64,000 nucleotides of DNA from a virus. The number at the start of each line of letters is the position of its first letter. The first letter of the stretch is position 1. Shown piece after piece: positions 11,101 through 19,284 of the stretch. The stretch spans positions 32,001 through 96,000 of the IMG/VR virus record IMGVR_UViG_3300030117_007673; one strand, written 5' to 3'. The notes below the pieces were generated by a model. It ran no database searches and was not told the DNA's origin. It saw nothing but the letters and a program-made list of their open reading frames with translations. The position numbers and the translations under genes were made by a program.

Positions 11101-12252
11101 TTTTTAAGGGCGTTTGATTTGATGAAGTGTAAGCCCTACACTAGGGTCTTAGAGCCCGATACTGTACTCGGGTACAACCTTGGTAGTTCAGGTGATGAAG
11201 CTAAGTTTTACACCTTGTTTAACAGAGCTTTGATTCAATATGTCGCAGCGGTTGAAAAATATATTGAATTTAAAAACCCCGCACCCGCTCCGACGCCTCC
11301 AGCGGATCCTCCACAAGAACAACAGTTAGCAGAGTCTGGTACCACGAGTATCAAAGTCATTTCAAAACCGATAGTTAAAGTTGTGGAAATGCCTTATTTC
11401 ACGACTCCAGTTATGTCAGTTGAAGACTCGAATCCATTGTATCCAAATGTAGATATAATTCCATACAAAGGACACAATAACAAAATATTGATTAACCTTA
11501 ACTCTAACACTGGAGAGATAAGTGAACCACCAAATTTGTTTACTGAAAAAGGCATGAGAAATCTTTATAAAAAAGAATACGGAGAAAATTGGGAATCAAA
11601 ACGGATCGAATTCGCGCCGATCACTTTCAAGGGCGACGACGCGCCGAAAGAATTTATCATCAGAAAAAGAGATACAAGACCAAGCTCGATTGTAGATTTT
11701 AAAAGGGTAAATTCAAACGAAATTGTGTTGCCGTCAAATGGATATTCTGCAACATCTTTTGTTGACAATATTGTTCCGAATAAAAAATATTGGTACGGCT
11801 TTAGAACAAGAGATGTTCACAATCATGTTTCTAACATAGGGCCAATTTATCAAGTGGAGATGGTTGATACTGATGGTGCTATTTATTTATTAGTTGAAGT
11901 AATAGAACCCAAAGCAAAGGTTGAAAAAATTAAAACAAAGTCAGCAAGAAGATATCTCCAAGTACAACCTACAGTTCGCCATACTTTGCTAAATGAAGAG
12001 AAGACATTTGGAGAAGATATTGAAAATAAGAATGTTGTATCTGCAATTGGTAAAAAACCGGCTCTAGGAGATGCGTCTCCTTCGCTTTTCGACGCTGGCG
12101 AGACACAGAAGTTTAAAATAAGATTAACATCCAAGGACACAGGAAAGAAAATCGATCTAAATGTTAGGTTTGTTCATCAACATGAAAAAACTCCGACAGA
12201 GGAAAGTAATGATAAAAATACTAACTTAGATCCGGAAAATTCTAATGGGTAA
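8158..12252 (+). CDS. Very large hypothetical (probable virion) protein with FN3-like segments
   Basis: 1364-aa ORF; YVDTQVRYEIPYIYKI and FVDNIVPNKKYWYGFR resemble FN3 F/Y-x-D...Y-x-Y strands; central Cys-containing insert. Confidence 0.5.
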   Translation: MSDETKEEKEITEGTNLLVPDKLTYFDDDFRHLYDFKKENYDYPTLLVPKLDIGYLGGPNAPMYEKQEMYVQKFNSHSEDPVRTYLGKIWVHSNNQGLVFFKELTDPNFNGVTPLKDYHISTYALAPIGQAGMFIRKEMLTINYDGPLPAEKNAQMYTRIKNQAQVGSQKYHVDFTSEHTMPYKYEELEDISNAIGTKAAYVKTDSTYNYHIPAYENLISTPGKFKFPPDFYNSDGLEDFIEKILPDIQTGIVDNVSADMSQAVNSQGFKVTTSNILLTDLHLTLADYIQGMFKNSLTDKGKLKRNVNKPKFGSKNGLDVENEGRYFEIWTKVVKKILEKSPEIATSPASLTRVMKLFSIYKTKILPAATVPLLNEYNGRKYLYPMFNEIEFSTDTKTRLADLLSEFNLGYSVLKSIRQGINGDLQDFPSTTARGNIDFQLSDSAYVTSKDKIMVYGPSREFAEKVGRELFSFRFLDTSNDDWIDGYLKPNYDFYAYVDSDKYKIAGSWPFTDHALLLKPDSYPIQSPPNSVELQMTDLDNIDNKLFKTIYTTVFKKRLQALIQEKTRSFEDILNGKKAYTETIAYRIEKWSVKDEQPDEFIQDVLLQNTSEIDVLNYVDTQVRYEIPYIYKIYSWNAIFGTQYRYALASPDPNDMQPEEASQSNSSLIGMMGVIQNAVVEAEQEGKLLEDVYRRAAHLLVADLAQRLWFKKNLSSSYTTGDSDMPPWQLSPADLELLDTIACGAPVDYENNFPVGFTGGSMQCTHSNASNYSLPGVNNMAGCCTKYNDSDLNTFENELFSLYCDHMDNALGKSGDKFKFSYEDAHFSIDYKDYGNGDPYQDIFSATLNSIIARRVSWMIENGVTIEATADNNTSLTTAGVSGGFADGQQFPSWSKNKGWTSDQLDALSNRWDAIRNIVGTVDSPWYDNTRVNKKFNVGQESNTGLFGIVSDNFAESKLEQAGNFPDKSLSFDIPFVDAYKFLRAFDLMKCKPYTRVLEPDTVLGYNLGSSGDEAKFYTLFNRALIQYVAAVEKYIEFKNPAPAPTPPADPPQEQQLAESGTTSIKVISKPIVKVVEMPYFTTPVMSVEDSNPLYPNVDIIPYKGHNNKILINLNSNTGEISEPPNLFTEKGMRNLYKKEYGENWESKRIEFAPITFKGDDAPKEFIIRKRDTRPSSIVDFKRVNSNEIVLPSNGYSATSFVDNIVPNKKYWYGFRTRDVHNHVSNIGPIYQVEMVDTDGAIYLLVEVIEPKAKVEKIKTKSARRYLQVQPTVRHTLLNEEKTFGEDIENKNVVSAIGKKPALGDASPSLFDAGETQKFKIRLTSKDTGKKIDLNVRFVHQHEKTPTEESNDKNTNLDPENSNG

Positions 12253-12290
12253 TAATTAATTTAAGATTTATGTCAATTTCGTTTTATAAT

Positions 12291-12298
12291 ACTAATTA
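12291..12298 (+). promoter_or_regulatory. Putative late-promoter motif ACTAATTA
   Basis: Member of the ACTA(T/C/A)TTA family recurring upstream of structural genes; followed by SD AAGGAGA. Confidence 0.55.
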
Positions 12299-12321
12299 TA
12301 AGAGAATAAAAGGAGAAAATT

Positions 12322-13353
12322 ATGGCTTTTCTTGACAACAGTGGCGACATTATTCTAGACGCCGTTTTGACAGATACTGGACGTATGCGACTGGCCAGAG
12401 GTGATGGCACCTTCAAGATTGCAAAATTCGCTTTGGGTGACGATGAGATTAACTATGAACTTTATAATAAAAATCATCCGAGCGGAAGTGCTTATTATGA
12501 TCTCGATATTCTCCAAACTCCAGTGTTAGAAGCTTTTACGAATAATACATCAATGATGAACTCAAAGTTGATGTCAATTCCTAGAACAAATCTATTGTAT
12601 CTTCCAATAATGAAGCTTTTTAGAGAAGGCAACTCAGCAACAAACGTTGCAAATGCATTGGCTGGAACCAACGGCAAATTTATAGTCGCCGTTGATGAGC
12701 AGTCAGCTAACACAACTGATGGTACATCTCCTCCTGGAAAGGGCTTGATGGCCAAAGGCACCAATGCTCCAGGTGGTGTTATTGACGGTTTTGGAACACA
12801 ACCGGGCGGAACTACTGCTTTCATTAGAGTCGACCAAGGATTGGATACAACTGAAATCAACCCCAACTTTAGCCTTGCTCAGGACTTAGTTGAGACTCAA
12901 TATATGATACAAATGGATAATAGATTAGGCTACATGGTTTCTGCGGGTCCAGTTGGCGGCGGCCAAGCAGGGTTACAGAATTATTCTGCAGGTACGGCTA
13001 ACAGCCCAGCAAAAGTTAGCTTTATTGATGATGATAATATCGCAACATACTATGTCAACCTTAGCACAGACCCTCAGTTTGTCGCAGATCTACAAAGCTG
13101 GACAGAAACTAACACTACCTCAATCGAAGGTCCCAGAGGAACTGCGTTAGTGTTTTCAATTAACTCCCAATTACAGCTTCGCCAAAGTGATTATCTTTTT
13201 GGCAAATTAGGAAAAAAGAGTCAGACCTGGACTGTTGATAGTACAGCCCTCACAGTTCATTATATTGACACGACAATTCGTGTAATGGGGGCGACAACAG
13301 GGTATAAGATCGATATTCCTGTTCGATATATGAAATATGTATCAGGTCACTAA
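12322..13353 (+). CDS. Putative baseplate/tail-collar protein (N-terminal half of a DUF3751-like motif)
   Basis: DAVLTDTGRMRLARGDGTFKIAKFALGDD resembles the tail-collar fibre N-terminus; strong SD. Confidence 0.55.
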   Translation: MAFLDNSGDIILDAVLTDTGRMRLARGDGTFKIAKFALGDDEINYELYNKNHPSGSAYYDLDILQTPVLEAFTNNTSMMNSKLMSIPRTNLLYLPIMKLFREGNSATNVANALAGTNGKFIVAVDEQSANTTDGTSPPGKGLMAKGTNAPGGVIDGFGTQPGGTTAFIRVDQGLDTTEINPNFSLAQDLVETQYMIQMDNRLGYMVSAGPVGGGQAGLQNYSAGTANSPAKVSFIDDDNIATYYVNLSTDPQFVADLQSWTETNTTSIEGPRGTALVFSINSQLQLRQSDYLFGKLGKKSQTWTVDSTALTVHYIDTTIRVMGATTGYKIDIPVRYMKYVSGH

Positions 13354-13378
13354 TAACATTTAAACAAGGTAAGGAAAT

Positions 13379-14521
13379 ATGGCAACCACATTTAAAACTT
13401 TTTCAAGTAACGATATCGTAAGCACTAGAACTCTTCTTCATGAAGCAATTCCAATGACTGGTACGATTGTTTCTGGTACTTATGGAACGTTCCCAAATGA
13501 GGAAAATATTAAGAATTATTCTCACAAGTATTTCCAATCCGTCTATGATTATCCATATTTAAGTTCTTCAGCTAATCATATTATGGATATTTCATTTGGT
13601 TATGGTGCAGGTTCTGTATATTCTGCTTCCGCTGGAGATGGCGGTTCTACCACAGCACAAAATAAAAAACATAACATTTATTATCAAATGGCACAACTTC
13701 TTATGGGCCATGAATCAGATGGCACTATTAAACAATTTAAGGTTCCAGGAAGTGCGGTAGTGATGGACACTGCCATTTTTGTAACTTTTTCAAGATTGCT
13801 GGTAAAAGACGAAATTAAGAAGGGTTCATTTAATTTTCGTTTTGCCACCAGTTCTGCTTATGATAATGATTTTGATAATGTTAGAAAATGGGCAGACACA
13901 AATGCATCGAATAATTTTTACACAGATTCCCCAGCTGGTGAATATGCAATTTTGACTTCATCAACCCATCGTGGTGACGACCCTTGGCTAGGCGGTGGTT
14001 CTGGAGAGGCTGGAGGTACAGAACAACCAGGCGGCGGCAATGGCTACAACGGTCTAGCACAAGGCTTGTTATTTTATCAAGCAGGAATTATGGTTCTGTC
14101 TGGATCTCGGCATCTTTTTAATCTTATGACAGGCAGTGTTCAAGCCGGCGCTCCTCAAGACAACGCGGCCAACCCGGGCACCTTCAACGCCATGGTAACC
14201 GGTTCTGAAATATCAGAAATTGCAGACGCTATTAGACATAGAATTGATTATATTTCATTCAACAACACAACAGAGTTGAACTCTACTATTCATTTCTGCC
14301 GTGTCAACCATAACGATTTTAATTATAGCGCAAATCCAACTTATTTAAGTGCCAGCAAAATCAGAATCAAAGACTCTGCATTGGATCAATCCGCTACATA
14401 CGTTACGACTGTTGGTTTATATTCTGCTGACAATGAATTGCTGGCTGCAGCTAAACTTTCTGAACCTCTAAAGAAAACTCCAGACAACGAGATGACACTT
14501 AGGGTTCGTTTGGACTACTAA
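13379..14521 (+). CDS. Putative baseplate/tail-collar protein (C-terminal DUF3751-like motif)
   Basis: C-terminus YVTTVGLYSADNELLAAAKLSEPLKK...LRVRLDY. Confidence 0.55.
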   Translation: MATTFKTFSSNDIVSTRTLLHEAIPMTGTIVSGTYGTFPNEENIKNYSHKYFQSVYDYPYLSSSANHIMDISFGYGAGSVYSASAGDGGSTTAQNKKHNIYYQMAQLLMGHESDGTIKQFKVPGSAVVMDTAIFVTFSRLLVKDEIKKGSFNFRFATSSAYDNDFDNVRKWADTNASNNFYTDSPAGEYAILTSSTHRGDDPWLGGGSGEAGGTEQPGGGNGYNGLAQGLLFYQAGIMVLSGSRHLFNLMTGSVQAGAPQDNAANPGTFNAMVTGSEISEIADAIRHRIDYISFNNTTELNSTIHFCRVNHNDFNYSANPTYLSASKIRIKDSALDQSATYVTTVGLYSADNELLAAAKLSEPLKKTPDNEMTLRVRLDY

Positions 14522-14522
14522 A

Positions 14523-15716
14523 ATGCCGTACTACAAATTTGGGCCAGATGATATATTCCATAATAGGATAAAGGCTCATCCTAAGTGCGAATTTTTTGTA
14601 TATGATAGCCGCATATATTATAACAGCATTCCTAAAATAAGTGGTAGTCGAGTCGAGGAGATAACACATGCTCCAGATAGCGGTTTTGTTAGCTTGTATG
14701 AGATCAACATTGATCGAAACCCTTCTAATTTGATTTATCCTTTTGTTACAAAAGATGGAACACTGTCTGCCTTTAAATCTGTTTCTGTAACGACTCTTAA
14801 CGCAACTGATTATGGGGATGAATTTCAAGGCACATATCCTCAAACTGCAAGTATAAAGAGGGAATATTTTGTAGAAGGAAAACCAGATATTGGAGACAGA
14901 GATTATGGCAAATATCTTAATAAAAGTCACCTTGCAGCTCTGAAAAACACATTTAATGAATATGTTTACTTAAGCCCTCATTATGAATATGATTCAGAAA
15001 CTTGGAACAAAGGCCAACAAGCGTTAAGTTTAATAAGCATACCTTCGATATTTTATGGCTCTTCAATCAAAAAGGGCTCTGTAGATCTTAAATTTTATGT
15101 ATCCGGTTCATTGACAGGGCACCTTATAGACGAAGCAAAAAATGGCGAGTTAGTGCAAGTTGGCCCATATGGCAGCAATGGTTCTGGAAGTGTAGCAGGT
15201 GTTGTGTTATACAATGAAGGTTTCCTCGCGTTAACTGGCGCTTGGACTTTAGATTTTAATCACACAGACCAATACATTGGAACTGATTCTTATAATCCCA
15301 AATGGATATATTTCGGTGTCGGTGCTCAAGATGGTAAAGCTCCAGGCACCGTTCCATCTTCAAGTTTTTCAATTGCTTTTTCGGGAACAAATTATATCCC
15401 AACTGTAACAATGTTGGCCCATGCTCCAAAAGGAAAATTAAACCATTCCAACAATCCAACTTATGTATCTTTTGACAGTGTAATAACTTCAGGCTCCAGC
15501 GAAGTTCATTATAACGAGCCTGATAAAATGGAAATTAAAAATATTGTTTCAAGTTCTCATTGTGATCACACTGCATCATTTGAGAAACAAACTTTTATTT
15601 CACAAGTAGGTCTTTATGATGAAGACAAAAACTTGATCGGAATTGCCAAACTTGCAACTCCAGTGAGAAAAAGACATGAAGATGAATTTACTTTTAAACT
15701 TAAGCTAGATTTTTAG
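14523..15716 (+). CDS. Paralog of 13379..14521, putative baseplate/tail-collar protein
   Basis: Shares IKKGS, G-x-x-x-Y-x-x-G, SxNPTY and C-terminal FISQVGLYDEDKNLIGIAKLATPVRK...KLKLDF. Confidence 0.55.
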   Translation: MPYYKFGPDDIFHNRIKAHPKCEFFVYDSRIYYNSIPKISGSRVEEITHAPDSGFVSLYEINIDRNPSNLIYPFVTKDGTLSAFKSVSVTTLNATDYGDEFQGTYPQTASIKREYFVEGKPDIGDRDYGKYLNKSHLAALKNTFNEYVYLSPHYEYDSETWNKGQQALSLISIPSIFYGSSIKKGSVDLKFYVSGSLTGHLIDEAKNGELVQVGPYGSNGSGSVAGVVLYNEGFLALTGAWTLDFNHTDQYIGTDSYNPKWIYFGVGAQDGKAPGTVPSSSFSIAFSGTNYIPTVTMLAHAPKGKLNHSNNPTYVSFDSVITSGSSEVHYNEPDKMEIKNIVSSSHCDHTASFEKQTFISQVGLYDEDKNLIGIAKLATPVRKRHEDEFTFKLKLDF

Positions 15717-15728
15717 TATAATAGATAA

Positions 15729-16265
15729 GTGATTTTAGGGTTAGATATATCAACGTCAATTACTGGCGCAACTGTCCTTGATTACAGCGGCCAAGTGTTG
15801 TATTGCGAGGCTTGGGATTTAAGAAACAAAAGATACTTCCCTAATCTTTTTGCAAAAGTGCAAAGATTTAAACAAGTGATGGGTAACTTGTATCAAATAA
15901 ATAAATACCCAATAGATTCAATATTCATTGAACAATCACTAATGGCTTTCAGGCCTGGTTTTTCTTCTGCAAAAACAATATTGACATTGGCTAAATTTAA
16001 TGGTATACTGTCTTATGTTTGTCAACAAGATTTTGGAGTGGAACCACAATATATTGGAGCGTCAACAGCAAGAAAGTCTTGCGGTATCAAGATCCCCAAA
16101 GGTGAGAAAGCAAAAGAAGTTGTTCTTCAATATGTTCTTGACAACGAGCCAAGCTTTGTGGTAGAATATACAAAACAAGGAAACCCAAAGCCCGGCTCTT
16201 ATGATCGGGCAGACAGTTTAATTATTGCGAAAGCAGGTTACAATTTATATAAACAAAAAAAGTGA
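15729..16265 (+). CDS. ruvC: RuvC-like Holliday junction resolvase
   Basis: ILGLDISTSITG (catalytic D), IFIEQ (E), YDRADSLIIA (D..D); GTG start. Confidence 0.8.
   Translation: MILGLDISTSITGATVLDYSGQVLYCEAWDLRNKRYFPNLFAKVQRFKQVMGNLYQINKYPIDSIFIEQSLMAFRPGFSSAKTILTLAKFNGILSYVCQQDFGVEPQYIGASTARKSCGIKIPKGEKAKEVVLQYVLDNEPSFVVEYTKQGNPKPGSYDRADSLIIAKAGYNLYKQKK
16138..16167 (+). promoter_or_regulatory. Putative sigma70-type promoter inside ruvC
   Basis: TTGACA(16138)-18 nt-TAGAAT(16162) with TG extended -10. Confidence 0.5.
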
Positions 16266-16271
16266 ACATTT

Positions 16272-17141
16272 ATGGGAACATCAGATAGTTTTATATGTCT
16301 TCAGCAGCAAATTTTTATGAAATTGTTATTAGACTCCGGGCATATAATAAATAAAGATCAGCAAAATTTTAAGATAGCATATTTAGGAAACGTTGCTGAC
16401 AATTTTACGGTTACTTTTTGTAAAAAACTATTTCCAAATGCACAACATGATTTATATGATATTCTACTGAAAAATTGGGATATTAATGATGAGTGGGGAA
16501 TTGAAAATTATGATATTGTTATTTGCCATCGTACAACAATGTACGTTGAGGATTTAGATTTTTTTACAAAGCAATTAAAAAAGTGTATTTCTAAAAATGA
16601 AAATGTTATATTTGATTTTACCTTGTATGATGGATTTTTAGAGAATTACGCCATGACAAAGAAGAGATTCCCATCCAAGATGGATGAGAGTTTGTGCTTG
16701 ACTGCAAAGTTTGATTTCCGTAAAGCCTTTGAAGAAACTGTTCGCATTATAACTTTTTATGATGGCCAAAGATCGTCGCACATGACGATAGAGTCTTTTA
16801 TGGATCCCCAGGGAACTAATCCGACATGTCTAAAACAAGATTATTTTGATGCTACTATGACCAATTGTGTTACGGAAAGAACACTTGAAGAAAATAATAT
16901 TAAACCAAATGTATTAGTTAATGGCTATAACTTTTTTAAGGGAGACTTGATTACATATATGTTTTGGAATAAAAAACAAATGCAAGCATTTGCCTTGCCG
17001 AATCTTTTGATTACAATCCCGCCACCCGCTGAACAACCCTGGACCAACCAAGAATACCCGCAATTTTACGCACTCACCCAACGTGAAATTCCTAATTACG
17101 CACTCGCCCAACGTGAAATTTCTAAAGACAACAGGACATAA
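16272..17141 (+). CDS. Divergent class I SAM-methyltransferase-like protein
   Basis: KIAYLG...YDIVICHRTTMYVEDLDFFTKQLKKCISKNENVIFDF follows class I MTase strand order; glycine loop degenerate. Confidence 0.4.
   Translation: MGTSDSFICLQQQIFMKLLLDSGHIINKDQQNFKIAYLGNVADNFTVTFCKKLFPNAQHDLYDILLKNWDINDEWGIENYDIVICHRTTMYVEDLDFFTKQLKKCISKNENVIFDFTLYDGFLENYAMTKKRFPSKMDESLCLTAKFDFRKAFEETVRIITFYDGQRSSHMTIESFMDPQGTNPTCLKQDYFDATMTNCVTERTLEENNIKPNVLVNGYNFFKGDLITYMFWNKKQMQAFALPNLLITIPPPAEQPWTNQEYPQFYALTQREIPNYALAQREISKDNRT
17066..17124 (+). repeat. Two-copy 30-bp tandem repeat in the 3' end of the MTase-like gene
   Basis: ttacgcactcacccaacgtgaaattcctaa / ttacgcactcgcccaacgtgaaatttctaa (YALTQREIPN/YALAQREISK). 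Confidence 0.85.
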
Positions 17142-17144
17142 TTC

Positions 17145-18086
17145 ATGGAAGGAGAAAAGCTCCAACTTCTAAAAAGTATTTTTGGGAACTTCCATCATTC
17201 CAATGACGAACACTTATTCTATTGCCCAAAATGCAAACACCACAAGCGAAAGCTTTCTGTTAATTTAGATAAAGACGCTTTCAAATGTTGGATCTGTGAT
17301 TATCATGGCCGTTCTCTTCGCCGTCTTGTGCGGAAATATAGTGACTTTCGCACATTACAACAATGGGACAAATTAAATGGTAGAGAAGATGTAACGAAAT
17401 TTGATGATATATTTTCAGAATATGAAGAAGTCGAAGAGATACAGAGAATTGACTTACCAGAAGAGTTTTTATCTCTTACAAGCCAAAGCCAATCTTTATC
17501 AATGATACCGGCAATAAATTATTTGAAAAACAGAGGGATAACAAAAAAGGATATCATCTATTGGAAAATTGGTTTTTGTATGCGAGGGGAATATAATAAT
17601 AGAATTATTATTCCTTCTTTTGATGAAGACGGGTATGTGAACTACTTTGTCGCGAGAACGTTTAATGGCGCATGGAAAAAATATCTCAATCCCCCTGCGT
17701 CAAAGGATATAATATTCAATGAGCTTTATCTAGATTTTGACAAGGATCTTGTAATTGTTGAGGGTATCTTTGATGCAATAGTTGCCGGCCCAAACTCTGT
17801 TCCAATTCTTGGCTCTACTTTACGCGAAAATTCGAAACTGTTCCAACAAATTGTAAAGAACGATACTCCAGTTTATATTGGTCTAGATGTTGATGCCGAG
17901 AAAAAATCAAAGAAGATAATAAAAGATTTATTAAATTATGGTATTGAAATTTATAAGATAGATACATCAGGGTTTGACGACATCGGTTCGATGACAAAAG
18001 ATGAATTCACAAAGAGAAAAAATGAAGCGGCATTATACGATTCTAATGACTACTTATTATACGAAGCGTTAGGAGAAATAAAATGA
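17145..18086 (+). CDS. DNA primase (zinc-binding domain + TOPRIM)
   Basis: CPKC...KLSVN...CWIC zinc finger, YLKNRGI, RIIIP, KYLNP, IVEGIFDAI, LDVDA. Confidence 0.9.
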   Translation: MEGEKLQLLKSIFGNFHHSNDEHLFYCPKCKHHKRKLSVNLDKDAFKCWICDYHGRSLRRLVRKYSDFRTLQQWDKLNGREDVTKFDDIFSEYEEVEEIQRIDLPEEFLSLTSQSQSLSMIPAINYLKNRGITKKDIIYWKIGFCMRGEYNNRIIIPSFDEDGYVNYFVARTFNGAWKKYLNPPASKDIIFNELYLDFDKDLVIVEGIFDAIVAGPNSVPILGSTLRENSKLFQQIVKNDTPVYIGLDVDAEKKSKKIIKDLLNYGIEIYKIDTSGFDDIGSMTKDEFTKRKNEAALYDSNDYLLYEALGEIK

Positions 18087-18187
18087 AAGGCTTTTTACAC
18101 AGAGTTAAATATATTTTAAGTGATGAACATTGCTGCTGCTGTTGTGGTTGCTGCGCCTGCGAAGATTGCAATTGCAAAAATAGATAA
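18083..18187 (+). CDS. 34-aa cysteine-rich metallothionein-like peptide (absent from the ORF track)
   Basis: MKGFLHRVKYILSDEHCCCCCGCCACEDCNCKNR*; SD AGGAGA at 18071-18076; ATGA overlap with the primase stop. Confidence 0.65.
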   Translation: MKGFLHRVKYILSDEHCCCCCGCCACEDCNCKNR

Positions 18188-18209
18188 AGAAAAAAAGGAT
18201 TAATCTTAA

Positions 18210-18404
18210 GTGGATTTGAATACAACAGACAATCTAAGTGAAGGTGACAGAAGAGCTATCGTAGATCATTTTGCAAAAGAGGTGGTAAATATTACTCTTC
18301 GGAATACAAACGGTGATTTTAGTTTAGCAAAAAGCATCTTTTTTAAAGCTGCTTCTCAAATTCAAAAGCAAATAAAGGAAATGGAAAATGAAGATCTCGA
18401 CTAA
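18210..18404 (+). CDS. Small hypothetical protein
   Basis: 64-aa ORF, GTG start, overlaps the next gene start. Confidence 0.5.
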   Translation: MDLNTTDNLSEGDRRAIVDHFAKEVVNITLRNTNGDFSLAKSIFFKAASQIQKQIKEMENEDLD

Positions 18405-18696
18405 TAGACTCAAACAAATTATTAAAGAAGAAATTGAAAATCTAGAAATGTCCGAACTAGACGAACAGGAAGAAATGCCTGGCGAGGAACCAGCAGCTGC
18501 AGAAAAGCATCAATCAGATGTGGAAAAAATAAAAATGCTTATTCCTAGAATTAACACTAGAATAGAAATGCAAGAGTTGTTGGAAGTCGCATTATCTCAC
18601 ATTGTTGTATCAAAAGATGGCCTCATGGCAATGAGAAACGTTCTTGGCTCTGCGATTGCTGGCGCTTTGGTTAAAAAGTTGGGCACTAAAGTATAA
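18388..18696 (+). CDS. Small acidic protein with N-terminal LKQIIKEE motif (putative internal head protein)
   Basis: MKISTNRLKQIIKEEI. Confidence 0.55.
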   Translation: MKISTNRLKQIIKEEIENLEMSELDEQEEMPGEEPAAAEKHQSDVEKIKMLIPRINTRIEMQELLEVALSHIVVSKDGLMAMRNVLGSAIAGALVKKLGTKV

Positions 18697-19226
18697 TGAT
18701 GCTCACAAAGTCACACTTTAAACAGGTTGTCATGGAGTATCTTCTTAAAGAAGAAGATCTTGCCAGAAAAGTTCAAGACAACGAAGATTACCTTACCAGG
18801 CTTAGATTAGCGGTAAGTGAATTGTACGGCCATTATCGCGAGCTTAATGCAGATATAGACGACTTGCGAATAGATCTTAACGATTATATGAGCACGGGAG
18901 AGAAGCCAAGTAGATTTGCAGAACCGGATGTTATCCCTGGTAGGGCAAGTATGTCCATTGATACTAATCCCGGAGGGAAGCCAATGATGGAAAAAGTAAA
19001 ACTAACAAAATCAGAACTTAAAAAAATCATCAAAGAAGAGTTAGATTCAAGATATGAAAAAATGTATGAAAAGAATGATGCATCAGAACTTCGTTTATTG
19101 TATAATGAATTTGTTGATAGTCTTCGGGACACTATTACGTGGCATTCCGCGCTAATAGAGCTTGACGAGCGGATCAGAGACAAAATAGAATCAATTGAAA
19201 TAAGATTGAATGAGCTTGCAAAATAA
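18696..19226 (+). CDS. Protein with two LTKS..K.II.E motifs (putative internal head protein)
   Basis: LTKSHFKQVVMEY and KLTKSELKKIIKEEL, each followed by a coiled coil. Confidence 0.55.
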   Translation: MMLTKSHFKQVVMEYLLKEEDLARKVQDNEDYLTRLRLAVSELYGHYRELNADIDDLRIDLNDYMSTGEKPSRFAEPDVIPGRASMSIDTNPGGKPMMEKVKLTKSELKKIIKEELDSRYEKMYEKNDASELRLLYNEFVDSLRDTITWHSALIELDERIRDKIESIEIRLNELAK

Positions 19227-19229
19227 TTC

Positions 19230-19258
19230 TTGACAAGCAGATCACTTTATGTTATATT
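19230..19258 (+). promoter_or_regulatory. Sigma70-type promoter upstream of the sbcDC fusion
   Basis: TTGACA(19230)-17 nt-TATATT(19253) with TG extended -10, intergenic. Confidence 0.75.
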
Positions 19259-19284
19259 GTTAATAGAGGCAAAATAGGAGACCC

